Assembly: GCA_035221665.1 (NCBI GenBank)
Contig: CM069164.1
Coordinates: forward strand, 24,924,001 to 24,988,000
Length of the DNA: 64,000 nt
Direction of reading: 5' to 3'
Origin: Okamejei kenojei
Lineage: Eukaryota
A model generated the notes under the pieces. The model saw nothing but the letters and a program-made list of their open reading frames with translations. It made no database searches and had not been told where the DNA came from. A program made the position numbers and the translations under genes. Positions within the stretch are counted from its first letter, which is position 1. Every line of letters begins with the position of its first letter. This document shows positions 37,380 through 50,528 of this stretch, in pieces.

Positions 37380-39120
37380 GAAATTGGACAAGGCCTTTGC
37401 GGGACACAAAGGAATCAGGAGAAAGCTTAAACAAGGTACCAGGAGGGCTAAAAGCAGCCATGACATGTGCTCTGCAAGTTTAACTAAAGAGAATCCCAGG
37501 GAACTTCATACATACATTAAGAACAAGGGAGTAACTAGGGAGAGGGTGGGACCACTCAAGGGTAAAGGAAGACATGAAGCCAGAGGCAGCAAGTGAGGTT
37601 CTAACGAGTACCGTCTACTCACTCCTCTGATGCTGCCTGACCTGCTGAGTTCCTCCAGCACTTTGTCTTCTGCTCAAGATTCCAGCATCTGCAGTTACTT
37701 GTGTCTTCATTCAAGTATAGTTCAGGGGAAGTAAGCATGGTACTAAATGATAGCTTCACATCGCTAGTCACTAAGGAGAGGGACATGGAGGATTGAGAGA
37801 CTAGGGATGGGTCTGATTTCTGCATCACAGGAAAGTGAATGAATGTATGAATGATACGTTTTTGTCGCGTGTTAATAGTCACAGTGGTAATTCTTTGTTT
37901 TGCATACCCAAGGTATACAAACAGTCGCCATAAAGGGCACCAAGAAAGTTACAAAGTATTCCATTTTATACAAACCAGTTTTAGGTGAAGGCTGTGGAAA
38001 GAACGCAGAAGTGTTCACCAGGAAGTTGCCGTGGATTAGAGAGTGTTAGCTGTAAAAAAAGGTTGGATAAACTTGGATTGCAGAGGAAGTGATGGAAGGA
38101 GATATGACATCAATGTTTAAGAGGCATTGAGACTGACATATGAACATACAGGGGATGGAGGGTTATATGCAAAGGCCAGGCACATGTGCAGCTCATATTG
38201 GCATCATAGTCAGCACAGACATCATGGACAGAAGGGCCTTTTCCTGTGCTGTATTGCTCCATGTTCATCCTCACATCGGCTTAATTGTACTCAAAAGCGA
38301 AAGCGATATAAATTATTTACGAGCAATTATGGCCCAAGGTTAGATTTCACAGAATGTTGTGAATACAACAAGCAAACAGAGATAATTTCTTCGTACTGCT
38401 GCAACTTAATTAGTTAAATATTTGCCGCATTGATATACAGAGGAATCTTGACACGCAAGTCCGAAAGTGCTGAAAGTGGCTACAGTTGCAAAGAAGGTAA
38501 ATTGCATACTTATCCTTCATCTGTCGGGTCATAGGGTATAAAAGTTGGGAATTTTTGTTCCAGCTTAGGTGACGATTGATGTAATGTGTACAGTTCTGCT
38601 AGCCACACTATAGGAAGAGTGTGGACGTTTTGCAGAGGGTGTAAAAGAAGTTGAACAGGATATTGATGGATTGGAGTGTATTAGCTATAAGGAGAGGTTT
38701 GACAAACTTGGATTGTTTTCAGTGGAGCATTAAAGGCTAAATTATAGAAACATAGAAAATAGGTGCAGGAGTAGGCCATTTGGCCCTTTGAGCCAGCACC
38801 GCCATTCAATATGATCATGGCTGGCTGATCATCCAAAATTGACCTGAGAGAAGTATATGAAATTATGAGAAGCACAGATAGGGTAGATGGTTGAAGTCTT
38901 TTCCCCAGGGTAATATGGTCAAATACTTGAGGGCATTGGTTTAAGATAGAGGGTGAAAGTGTAAAGGAGATGTACAAATCAAGTTTTTTTTTTACAGAGA
39001 TTGGGAAGTGTCTGGAACACAATGCTAGCAGATACATCAGCAATGTTTAAGAGACATTTAGACAAGGAATACAGGGACACCGACCATCTGCAGACGCATG
39101 GGATTAGTTTAGATTGGCAT
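37380..39120 (+). mobile_element. Cluster of degraded CR1 fragments with nested insertions
   Basis: KENPR...YIKNKGVTRERVGPLK, tgtgtacagttctg and agctataaggagagg pieces, interrupted by a Penelope-derived unit (~37620-37705) and a reversed CR1 tail (~38744-38835). Confidence 0.75.
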
Positions 39121-39447
39121 CTATTTTATTTATAATGCAATTCACGTTAAAATGCAGAAAATTAAACAAAACAAACAAAAACTAATGGGAATGAAAGCAC
39201 AATAGCTAAGTTATTGGATTAGAATTAGAGGACTGGACTATTGATCTCAAAACATAATCAAATCCTGCCATGGCAGATGGGAAATTTAATTCAAAATAAT
39301 AAAATTAACAAATAGTTATCATTAATGATGACACGTGCAAGTTCTCACTGCTGTGGCTCATATGCAAATCATTTATTCACACTTCAGGCAAGGGGAATCC
39401 ACAAGGGAACCTCAGCCATGTATCCTCCCCACAACTCCCTGTCCACA

Positions 39448-39451
<4 letters not shown>

Positions 39452-39515
<64 letters not shown>
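39452..39515. repeat. (CA)n microsatellite
   Basis: Directly visible. Confidence 0.98.
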
Positions 39516-39516
<1 letters not shown>

Positions 39517-39888
39517 CGAAGGCATAGTAAGCCAACATTTCCAAACTAATACTGAACCTTGTTCGGTAAAGGTTTTAAAAGTTATGAAACCAAAAAAGGT
39601 GTAATTAAGATATCAGCTCTGATCTACTTTAATGGTGAAACAGGATGGAGGCCAGATTGCAATAAACTGCAAGTCCTTCATTGCATTAAGCACATTGACA
39701 AATATAATAATATAGATAATGAGTGATTTTTTTTAGAAATTGTTGTTACAGTTTGTTAAATACTTTAACATTTGTCTTTCACTTTTGCTTTTTAATGTGA
39801 TGAATTGAGTGAATTTGAGTATTTTGCTTGTGAAATAATAAATAACATCATAGGAATGCAACAAGGTTGTTGCAATATTTAGTTACTC

Positions 39889-40088
39889 TTGAAGATGGAC
39901 ACAAAATGCTGGAGTAATTCAGCGGGACAGGCAACATCTCTGGACGGAAGGAATGGGTGACATTTTAGGTTGAGACGCTTCTACGAGAGGGAAAATTTTT
40001 TTTTTTTTTAAATTTTGTCCCGCTGAGTTACTCCAGCATTTTGTGTTTATCTTCAGTGTAAACCAGCATCTGCAGTTCCTTCCTGCAC
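39889..40088. mobile_element. Penelope-derived hairpin element with TSD
   Basis: Inverted arms acacaaaatgctggagtaa / ttactccagcattttgtgt. Flanking direct repeat ATTTAGTTACTC (39877-39888, 40089-40100). Confidence 0.8.
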
Positions 40089-40221
40089 ATTTAGTTACTC
40101 ATGACTCTCCAAACCAAAAGAATGCTATTTAACAAGATTTGACCAGCACCTCTGGACCCGTGTGCCTACAAAACAAAGTTCAGGGCATAAGATACAAGTC
40201 AGAGTTTGACCGGGGACTCAC

Positions 40222-40429
40222 CGTCCTGTGTGTTCTGAGTGAGAATGTTGCACAGTTCCTTCTGGCTGATACCAAGGCTCTGACAAACCTCCTCCCTGCT
40301 GTAAGGTTCCGGGTGCAGCACTTGTTCCACAGTTGAAAGCATCGTCTCCAGATCCACTCCAAGCCCCTGCTGCAAGTCTCCCAGTCTTAAAGGTTTCTGC
40401 CACTCAAGCCCTTTAGCTTTTGCTAGGAC
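40222..40429 (-). CDS. GALK2: GALK2 coding exon (208 nt, phase 0/1): [69 protein letters not shown]
   Basis: Hand translation gives LHPEPY..EE.C..LGIS..EL, typical of GALK2. TAG acceptor, G|GTGAGT donor; phase 1 joins the next exon. Confidence 0.95.
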
Positions 40430-41040
40430 CTAAATACCAAAAGAAGTCATACCGTTAATATTACATGGAGAAACACAGAACTGCAGATGCTGGATTCCTG
40501 ATTAAAAACACAATGTGCTGGAGGATCTCAACAGGTCAGGCAAGCACTTGTGGAGGGAATGGACAGGCGACATTTCAGGTCCAGGCCATTCATCTGAAGC
40601 AGAAACGTTGTCAGTCCATGCCCTCTACAGATACTGCCTGACCCACTGACAGCGCAAACTGATGTGACAGGAGAATTTGGGTGCCATTTTACAGTCCCAA
40701 CTGCAGTTGGCTACACAAAGGCCCGTTGCAGCCGTCTCCTCCTCTAGAACCCTCCAAACCTCTTCATTAAAATTTCTATAAGATTAATCTCTGTTACACC
40801 ACATAACTAAGCTCCTATTCATTGTATCAGCAAATTTCTTTTGCAGCCTTTCTATGGTCTGTCTATATTCTTTTGTACACTCAAGCCAGGAATAATTTTA
40901 TAATTCTGTCTTATCTGATAAGGATAATTCTATATTTTTTTAATTCAGTACCCCTTTGTTAGAAAAGTAGATTGGGCAAGCAGCAGCTCTCAATAAATGC
41001 ACTAACCATTTGTCTCACTAAGTTAACGAAGTATAAAGAA

Positions 41041-41177
41041 TGTGTAGGAAGGAACTGCAGATGCCGGTTTAGATCAAAGATAGACGCAAAAAGCTGGAGT
41101 AACTCAGCGGGACAGGCAGCATCTCTGGAGAGAAGGAGTGGGTAACGTTTCGGGTCTCGATAGACCCTCCTTCAGAC
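41041..41177 (-). mobile_element. Penelope-derived short element with TSD
   Basis: Single ~137-bp unit flanked by ATAAAGAA (41033-41040, 41178-41185). Confidence 0.75.
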
Positions 41178-41596
41178 ATAAAGAAAGAATGTTCACATGG
41201 ACATTATCATGGCGTTATGGATTTACCTGTAGTTTTGTGAGCCACAACTTGATGTAGCAAAAGCAGTATAAAAATACCTCCTCTTCAAGTTGCACAAAGT
41301 GAGATGTAGCAACCATACTGATTATTTATTTTTCATACTAGAACAACATTTATACCACTAGATTAGGAAGCTGGCCTGATTAGCAAAGGAAAAGGCATGA
41401 TGTTATGAAGTAATAATTCACACTCGACAAATCAATAAGATTATTAAATGTTTGGAAGGATTTTAACTGTTGGAGGAAGATTTCTGAGGAAAGAGCACAT
41501 GTTGCTACCAGCAGCCTGTTACTCTCTAATTCTTACCAATCTAGCTTTCAGCTCTTCATCTCCATAAATGCATGCTTATCCCCAACTCTGGTTGTT

Positions 41597-41922
41597 CAGA
41601 GATACTGCATGGAAACAGGCCCTTCGGCCCACAGTAATGCCACTATTGATCATGCATTCACACTGCTTCTATGTTATCCCACACTTTCTCGCTCACTCCC
41701 CACACCCAGGGCTATTTACCGAGGCTAATTATCCTACAAACCCTGCATGCCTTTGGTATGTGGGAGGAGACCAGGGAACCAGGAGGAAACCCACGCGGAC
41801 ACAGGGGGATCATGCAAACTCCACACAAACACCCACGGTCAGATTCAAACCCAGTTATCTGGCGATGTTCGCCAGCAACTCTACCAACCGTGTCAGTGTG
41901 CTGCCCTTTGTGCCACTGTGCC
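41597..41922 (-). mobile_element. V-SINE/HE1-like SINE (diverged)
   Basis: ggaaacaggcccttcggccc and gtgggagga.acc motifs. Confidence 0.8.
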
Positions 41923-44459
41923 CAAACTAGCTCATTCTCTGTATAAGCAGCACCATAATTAACAAAATCTTCTCCTTGTTTTAAAGCTCCTTCCTAATCT
42001 CACTCTGCCTTAACCATGTAATCTTCTCTAGCCTCGAAGCCCCAGATATTGCTTTATCCTATTTCTAGCCTGTTTTCCATCCATTTTTCATATTTCCATC
42101 ACCGACAGCCATGTTTCCAATTATCTCAATCAGAAGTTGAAACCCATCCACAAATTTATCAGACACTCCCTTCCCTTTTAGTACGTTTGTGAAGCACCTT
42201 TTTATTTAAACACTTAGCCATCTCTCCAAGGTGCTTGGCATCTTTTTATTTGATAACTGTTCCTTCAAAGCAATTTACTGTGCTACATAAATGAAACCCA
42301 TTAGTGCCTTTGAGTAGAGAATTAGAAAGAGACTAATTATTCTACAAATTCATTGGCTCACATGGATTTTAATCAGAATTATATCTACTGGGCTTTTCCC
42401 AATTTTTCTCCTTTGATATTAAGATTACTGTCAGCATGCTCTTTACAATCTTCCTAATTTATTTCCCCCAACAGTTCATGTATGGCACCTCATCCAAGAG
42501 AACTATGATACTACACAAATCACTCTGCTAGCATTTTGAATACTTACCAGAACAATATAATAAAGCAGCCCAAAATATGCAGAAAGTAAGAAGAGTTCAG
42601 TTCCAGGAGATCCATCCAAACACTCTCTCTAGAGGCAAGTGTCTAATATTTTCTATCATCTTGATTCATGGGTTTCAAACTGACATCAAGTGGGTGTTGA
42701 TGTTCTCTCTGTGCCTCTTGTGCCTCAACCTCACATTCCCTCTCTCTGTCTAATTATGATAGCCCATTGGTACTGTCAATTAATGCACGATAAACTAATT
42801 GTGCCAACTTTCGGGTTGTCTGGCAGCTATCAGCATGTTGTTTTGCCAATGATCATGTACGCCTAAAAGTTAATGAGATGCCATAACATTGCTGAAAGGT
42901 TCGGATGAGGCTTAACATTCTCGGGAATGCGGCCATTGGGGAGAAAGTGCATGCACTCCCTTCCTAATATATGCATTCCGTTAGAAAATGCATGAAATCA
43001 TCAGATTTGCCAAATAAGAAATCAGTGAACAGTATGCGGCAAAGCACTGTCCATCTGAGAACTCTGCCATCATAAACAAATCAAGAGGAACCAGGTGCAC
43101 AGACTGTCAGAGCTGCAGAAGCTCTCATTAGCCCAGGTAAAGCAAACTCTTTCCTGAACAAAATGGCAAATCATTCATAATATTGTGTCTGGAGACATGC
43201 AATAATAATTATCTGGGTTAGATGTGTCCAGTTTTTCATGGCCAGAACATTGTTGGGCGGATGTCTTGTAGCTATACTGAACAGTGTAGCTAAGCATCTT
43301 CCTCGTTCTGGAGCACTGATTTAAAATGCTGTTGGGGGGTGGGATCGTATGCTCCATCCCATACACGCGGTAATTTCTTGATATTATTTGGAGTTAAACA
43401 GATTGACTGAAGGAGGATAGTAAACACAAAAAGCTAGAGTACCTCAGACAGCATCTCTGGAGAAAAGGAATAGGTGATGTTTCGGGTTGAACCCTCCAAA
43501 CCAAAATGTCATCTATCTATGTCTTCCAGATATGCTACCTGACCAGCACCGTGTGTTCTGAGCAAGATCCCAGTATCTGCAGTTCCTTGTGACTGTGAAA
43601 TGTATTGATGAGCACCTCAGGCGGAGGTTAAGAATACCATTCACTCCGTCCATCTTTCAATGACGAGCACTGAAAGCAAAGTCATCAATTGCACTCTAAT
43701 TTGAAAGCAAACAAAAGGCAGTAAAGCACCTGGAGCTAGAAAAGAACAGGTCTCACAGAAAACCTCATCTTACCACTATCAAACTCACTTTTAAGAGTCC
43801 TTTCTGAATTGTCCAGAACTACTAGAAAATCACAGGGTAGAGAGATTCTGTCATCATTCACATGGCTTCAATTTGTGGATTTCAACAGCAACACTTCTTG
43901 GCAAATGGAATGCAGGAAAAGGTAAAATTGTACAAGAAAGGAAACAATAGTATATTCTTTAAATTAGGTGAACTTGCAGAGTCCCAAGAAGGCAACCACA
44001 TCTTCCAACAATTTACTGATGATTGAAAGTAAACTGACCGGGTCATAATTATCCAGATCGGATTTTTGTGAGGACAATACACACCTTAGCATCCTTAATT
44101 TCCAATCGTACCTACATTCTACTTTTTGTGACTCATGTACTGTGGAACATTTGACCACATTAGCCATTACAGAATCCACAAACCCAGAGTGGATGTATGT
44201 CATCCTTGATCCCTAAGAATTGATGAAGATGAAGTTATATAAAGCACTGGTGAGGGACTGATGAACATTAAGATGATGATAAAGATGAAGATGACATCTT
44301 CTAAGACCCCTGACTAAGACCCCAGATCCCTCTCCATCCAGGCCTCTGCAAATTCTCATAATTTAGATCATATGTTTTTTTTTCCCCCTTTACTATTAAA
44401 ATGGACAATTTCACACTTTCTCACATTATATTCTGTTTGTCAAACCTTTACCTATTCAT

Positions 44460-44810
44460 TTAAGTGCTGGAGGAACTCAGCGGGTCAGGCAGCATCTGTG
44501 TAGGGAATGGACAGGCGAAGTTTGGGGTCAGGCAGCATCTGTGGACTGATGGAGTAGGGGGCAGAAAGTCGGAAAAGAGAGATGGGGAGGGACAAAGCCT
44601 GGCAAGTGATAGGTGGATACAGGTGAGGTGGGTTTGATTGACAGATTTGTGGAGTCAGTGACAAAGGACACAAAACTGTTCCAGCTACAGGGAGAAGAGG
44701 AGTGAAATGTAAAGTCAAAGGGAAGAATACAAGTGGAAGGAGACAGGGAAGGGATGGGGGGAAGGGGAGAGTTAAAGGAAAATGAAGGACCCAGGAATGG
44801 GAGATGAGTA
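44460..44810 (-). mobile_element. Penelope 3' fragment
   Basis: Same terminal motif and purine-rich tract as 30460-30870. Confidence 0.7.
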
Positions 44811-45095
44811 TACAAAGCTTTGTCTTTTAACTAGACGAGTATACTTGTAACTAGACGTGTAAATTTCAGTTTGATTTCCTTCAGATAAAGGTGTTTGCCT
44901 CAGTTTTACTCCATGGCAAATTCTGAGCCATTAGCTAAACTAGTAGTTCACAAAAACAAATGTAGTCAATGGGTCAAATTACCGACACCATATACGAGTG
45001 TGTAGTGTAGTTCTTTGGAATACCATGAGAAATGATTATTATATAAAATACAACTGTTGTTTGTCAGCAAAAGAAATAAAATTGAGCAGTGATAC

Positions 45096-45248
45096 CTTTG
45101 CAGCAATTCGACACTCCACTACTCTGATATTGAAGTAAGTTGTTGCAGCTTTATTCATTTCTTTGCAACTGTTCGCAATCACGAAAACTGCTCCTTTTGG
45201 AACCTTTACATTGGTGGCACGGAGTGGGTTGAATTCAATCAACTTGGC
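45096..45248 (-). CDS. GALK2: GALK2 coding exon (153 nt): [51 protein letters not shown]
   Basis: ORF 45039..45242 contains the GALK2-like FVIANS...NKAAT.FNIRV.ECR segment. TAG acceptor, AAG|GTATCA donor. Confidence 0.96.
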
Positions 45249-47604
45249 CTATGAAAGATAAAACGGTAATTTGTAGATATGTAACCGGTAACACCATTCG
45301 ACATGTCCATTTAGACCAACCTGTACGAAGCTTTGCGTTACATAACAATGTCACACGCACCTGCAACATGTGCAGATCATGGCTCAGAGTATTTAATGGT
45401 AATAATCCATTTCCCTTAAAGGTTAAAGGCAACTTGAGAGCAAAATGAGGAAATAATTTCACATTGACTAGCTCTCTGTTAGCCAATCAGAAATTGGACA
45501 GGAATAAGGCCAGCAAGTCTGTTTTCATTAAAACAAAAAAAATGAAGTAATGGTTTCAGAGATGTTTACGAATATGAAGAGATGTCAAGAAGGCCACTTG
45601 ATAATTTGCATAACATGAAAGCATTGACACATGGTTATGCATAAATGATTTAGGACAGAGAAGAACAAAACTACAAAGAGAGAATTATGAAATCGCAAAA
45701 GTCAGTGATTGAAGCAGAGACCAAGTCTGCATTTAAGTTCGATAAGAGGCTAGGGGAACGGGAAATAATGTAATTTGAAAACAACGCTGGCTGGTTATTG
45801 CTTGGGTGGAGGATGAACATTCATATGGATTGGCTGGGCTGTAATGGCAAATTGACCATACTGCAATTACTTCCCTTTGATACAAATGGCCTCAGTACAC
45901 ATGGATGGCTGTGGCACTTCCACTCTGGTTTTTTTTCAATTCCCTTCTGCTTAAAATTGTAAAGAGAGACCAGGATTATGCCCTACGCCGTCAAACGACT
46001 CCCAAGTCACTCGTACATTAAGAATAAACAGCGCAGTTAGGCACTGAAAGGAACGAGCACTGCATCATGTTATCATGACTCAGCATTTTTAGTCGAAGAA
46101 CAGAGGATGAAATAAGAAGATGTTTGCGTGACAAATTTTTGGCAGAACTGGGAAAATTCTGTTTTTTATTTTCCACATATCCTTGGTCTTCTGAATCTGA
46201 ATAAGAATATGGGCAAAGAACAGACGTACTTCGAATCCTGGCAGCCTTGGGTGTTCCAGACAATTATAAATTTTCAGCTGACCCAACGTTCCACTCCATG
46301 CGATTTAAATTATATGTCCGAAGATCACGCACTGCATGAATCTCATTTAAAAACATGAAAGAAATGTACCATGATTGCAAGGTTTGTAGATGGGATCCTT
46401 TCAGTTGGCAGAATGTCCTACTGTTGTGCAACTTGCCAAATATTTTACAATGGGTTAATTGTGACTCCAGAAATATTTCCATTGAGTATCCCAATTGTGT
46501 ACCAACAAAGGGATGTGTACATCACTCAGTCGCTGCTGGTACTGCAATTGCATTAAATATTTAATTTGTACGTTGCAATCAAAAACTATTGCACATTCCA
46601 GTACAAAGATCACCCATAATAATCTTTTGACGACTACCAGAGGGAAAATAAAATAAACAAATTAAACTACAATTTAATACAACCTCCTGGGACCTTTGAC
46701 TAGCTGTTAATAATTCAATTTTAAAAGCAAATGCTGCTCAGCAAGCGGTTTAAAGATTATCATTTGTCAGTCCATGTGAAATTCATGTACTGTACATGGT
46801 CTAATGACATTTCATCATGGATTCTATTTAACTTGCAAGGATAAACACTTCATAAAATAGTATCCGTCCTTCAAATTTACTAAGCAATCACAGCATGTTG
46901 TCACCGACGGGCCACCTTCAAAGATGAGCATGACAACACAAAAATCTTCACGCTTCATGTAGTATACGGTGACATCACTTTCATGTGCCTGCTACATGGA
47001 AAGACCATAGAATCAACAGCAAATTTTCCAATGATATGAACACACACTTAAAGCTTGTGACCATCGTTAGAATTTGAATGGTTCCTTCCTTAAACCTAAT
47101 CATTCCTCTGGACAATCATTTATAACCAGTTCAGCTGCAAAACTTTCTTCACCGCAGCTACCAAACAATTAGCAACTCCATGAACTTATCCCTTCTATCA
47201 ATATTTCACAAAGACCAATGTTAGAAATCTTCTGAAAATACATGTTACTACTTGCTGAAGCAGAATAACAGTGCATATCCTCAAGCACTTTGAGTCCTTT
47301 TTCGCAAACTAGTATCTGCAGTTCCTTGTTCCTACATCTTAAGAGTGCTTCCGGATACTTTTTCTGCTATATTTCTAAGAGTAACTGATCTAGAACATGC
47401 AGATAATGTCTTGATCTTTTCTCAATATGGTGAAAAAAACGTTCATACTCCAATCCCAAGATACATCCATGCTTTGTGTGAAACCTCTCTCATGTACTAA
47501 ATGATATTAGGGTATTTTAGGAGAAACTGATTACCTGACATGCAACACGTATCTGAAGAGGATGGTCTGAGCATCTTCTGACTTTTCATTTCTATTATTG
47601 GGTA

Positions 47605-47785
47605 TGTGTAGAAGGAATTGCAGATGTTGGTTTATACCAAAGATAGACACAAAATGCTGGAGTAACTCAGCGGGTCAGGCAACAACTTTGGGAAAATGGA
47701 ATAGGTGACACTTCAAGTCACCTATTCCTTTTCCCTAGAGATGTTGCCTGACCCGCTGAGTTACTCCAGCACTATGTGTCTATCC
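47605..47785. mobile_element. Penelope-derived hairpin element
   Basis: Near-perfect inverted arms gatagacaca...gctggagtaactcagcgggtcaggcaaca / tgttgcctgacccgctgagttactccagca...tgtgtctatc. Confidence 0.8.
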
Positions 47786-48110
47786 ATTAACGGGTATGAT
47801 GGACTCAGCAATGATAATGCAATAGTAAGAAACTAGATGTTCATGTGAGAGATGAACAATGTTGGGCAAATTTGCAAAATAATTGTTATTTTCCACTTGT
47901 AAGCCCATGCTTCAATTTTATTTTGTCTTGTATGCTTGAGAATCAATTGTTTCATTTGCTGACGATTTGCAAATGAAATTAAACTTTATGCAATCATAAG
48001 CAAACAACTTCAATTCAAACCTAATAATGGAAGGAAGCATTATAACCAGAGGATTGTATTCACTTCATGCAAGTACTGATGTATCTCAGAATTTTAAATA
48101 AAATGATTAC

Positions 48111-48209
48111 CATTCCCTTTTCTGCCAAGAATGAAATGGATTGGTCCATACCACCACCTTCAGTCCCAATGTAGCGCTCACATCTTGCACAGATTTCTGC
48201 AAGTTCTAT
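48111..48209 (-). CDS. GALK2: GALK2 coding exon (99 nt): [33 protein letters not shown]
   Basis: GGGMDQ motif with the catalytic Asp. TAG acceptor, ATG|GTAATC donor, phase 0/0 matching both neighbours. Too short for the ORF track; translated by hand. Confidence 0.96.
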
Positions 48210-48344
48210 CTATAAATAAATTGAAAAGAATAATTACACATATTTAGTCTGCACATCAGTCAACAGTGGAAAAGAATACTTATCTAGAACATGCAGATAA
48301 TGTCTCGATCTTTTCTCAATGTGGTGAAAAAAACGTTCAACAAC

Positions 48345-49184
48345 GCGCTGATCAACAATCCCCCATGCACTAGTTCTATCCTACACAATAGGGCCAATTT
48401 TGCATAAGCCAATTTAACTACAAACCAGCGAAGTGAGAGGAAACCGGTGCACCTGGAGAAAATGCACACGGTCACAGGGAGAACATACAAACTCCATCAG
48501 ACAGTACCCATAGTCAGGATCGAATCCCATGCCCTAGCCCTTTAAGGCAGCAACTCTACCATTGCACCACTGTGCTGCCCCAAATTGATTACAAGATTGG
48601 TAATGCTTGTAAATCAGATCCAGCTCAATGTTTAATTTCCAGTAAAGCTTTGCATTTTCAATCACAATTTGTGTCGCTTATTAATTAAAACTATAAAGGA
48701 ATATTCAGTGATGTGATTAGGGATTGACCAAAGTGGAAAACCACAATATGCAAAGAAGTGGAATTTTTGCAATAAAACAAACTGTTCCATTCAATATGAA
48801 GGCAAAACTAAATGGTAAACTTTAAGAAGTTGCTGGAAATGTACAATTTGAATTTGCTTTTACCATAATTTTCCCTGGTAATTTTAGAGTTTGGAGCGAA
48901 AAAACAGGCTCTTCGAACCACCGAGTTGACGTCGACCATCGATCACCTGTCCACTAGTTCCATATTCTTCCACTTTTGTATGCTACATTCTAGGAGCAAT
49001 GTACCAAAGCCAATTAACCTACAAACCTGCACGTCTTTCGAATGAGGGAGGAAACTGAAGCGCTCGGAGAAAACCGACACGGTCACAGGAAGAACGTACA
49101 AGCTCCACAAAGATAGCATCTGTAATCAGGACCAAACCCGGGTCTCTGGAGCTGTAAGACAGCAGCCCTACTGCTGTACCACCC
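48345..49184 (-). mobile_element. Two V-SINE copies (48345-48580 and 48885-49184)
   Basis: Reverse-complement consensus matches; the first copy lacks its 3' tail. Confidence 0.8.
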
Positions 49185-49690
49185 TAATTAAGCGGGGAAA
49201 TTCTGCTCACAGAACTTGCACCACACTAAGTCTTTCTGAATAATGAGACCATACATCAGAATACAGATTTCACATTTGCAAAGAAAGTAGCCAAAAGGAG
49301 TTAATTAGAAAACAAAATTACAAGCAATTAGTTGTAATGTTATTTTAAATGTGAATTTATGAGCTTTTATTAAGAAAACGCTACAAATATGTTTTAATTA
49401 TTTGATTTTGTTTTTGAACATTTCTAAATGTCAGGGGCAGTCAGAAAAATTGTGGCATAAGCCCTCAACACCATAGATGATTTAATCAATAGGGTCAGAT
49501 AATATTTCCAGCAAATTATCCTTGCATGTACATTTGTGTAAGTGCAAGGCAATTGGGTATCAATTCACAATTTTGATATCTTATTCTAATCTTCAACTTG
49601 CCAAAGAGTAGAAAAAAAATCAACTACCCTTTTTAGTATTTTGCTTTGCCTATTCTTAACAGCTTGGCCATTCCTGATAGTTTTCATGAA

Positions 49691-50275
49691 TTGTATTGTA
49701 TTGTATATCTTTATTATCATTTTTCTGAGTATTTACATACCCAGAGGAAAACGAAAAAGCGTTTCTCAACCAGTGTCCATTCAGTGTGTGGTAAAAAATA
49801 AATAGAAATAAAGAATAAAAGTACATATATCACGAGTTCCGATCGGCAGTGGCACGACAATGGCTCTGCTTCAGTGTGTCCAGGTTGGTGTGCAATACTT
49901 TGGCAGGGGGCAAAGTCCGTTTATCAGTCTAATTGCCTGCGGGAAGAAGCTGAGGAGCATCCTGCTGGTTTTGCAGCTGATGCTCCTGTACCTCTTCCCA
50001 GATGGCAGGATGGAGAATATGTGATACGATGGGTGGTAGGGGTCTTTGATGATGGAGATGGCTCTGCTAATACATCTCTTCCTGTATATGTCCAGCAATA
50101 AAGGGAGTGGAGCACCAATAATCCTGCTGGCGGTCTTCACAATCCTGTCCAGTTGGTGCCGTTCGTACGCCTTGCAGCTCCCGAACCAGGAGGTCATGCC
50201 GTAGGTTAATGCGCTCTCGATTGTCCCCCTATAAAAAGTTCGTAGGTGTGCAGTGGGGAGACCTGCTTTCCGTAA
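49691..50275 (-). mobile_element. Rex1/Babar-like LINE 3' end
   Basis: TFYRGTIES.LT..MTSWFG...IIKDPYHP...LPSGKRYRS...SFFPQAIRLIN, then a 3' UTR ending in a (tacaa)n tail. Confidence 0.85.
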
Positions 50276-50389
50276 TTAACCATATTGCTGTGGGTAGGAG
50301 CCACATATAGGCCAGAATAAGTTCGATGTCATATTTTCTTTCATAAAAGGCCATTAGTAAACCACATAGATTACTATGACAATTTAAGT

Positions 50390-50528
50390 TGCAGACTGCA
50401 TCAGACTGAAGAAGGGTCTCGACCCAAAACGTCGCCTATTACTTCATAGATTCTGCCTCACCCACTGAGTTTCTCCAGCTTTTTTGCCAACCTTCGATTT
50501 TCCCAGCATCTGCAGTTCTTTCTTAAAC
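50390..50528 (+). mobile_element. Penelope-derived short element with TSD
   Basis: ctgaagaagggtctcgacccaaaacgtc core (GAAA mutated). Flanked by ATGACAATTTAAGT (50376-50389, 50529-50542). Confidence 0.8.

Noticed and set aside
39325-39604. His/Thr-rich ORFs
   Set aside because: Translations of the (CA)n microsatellite.
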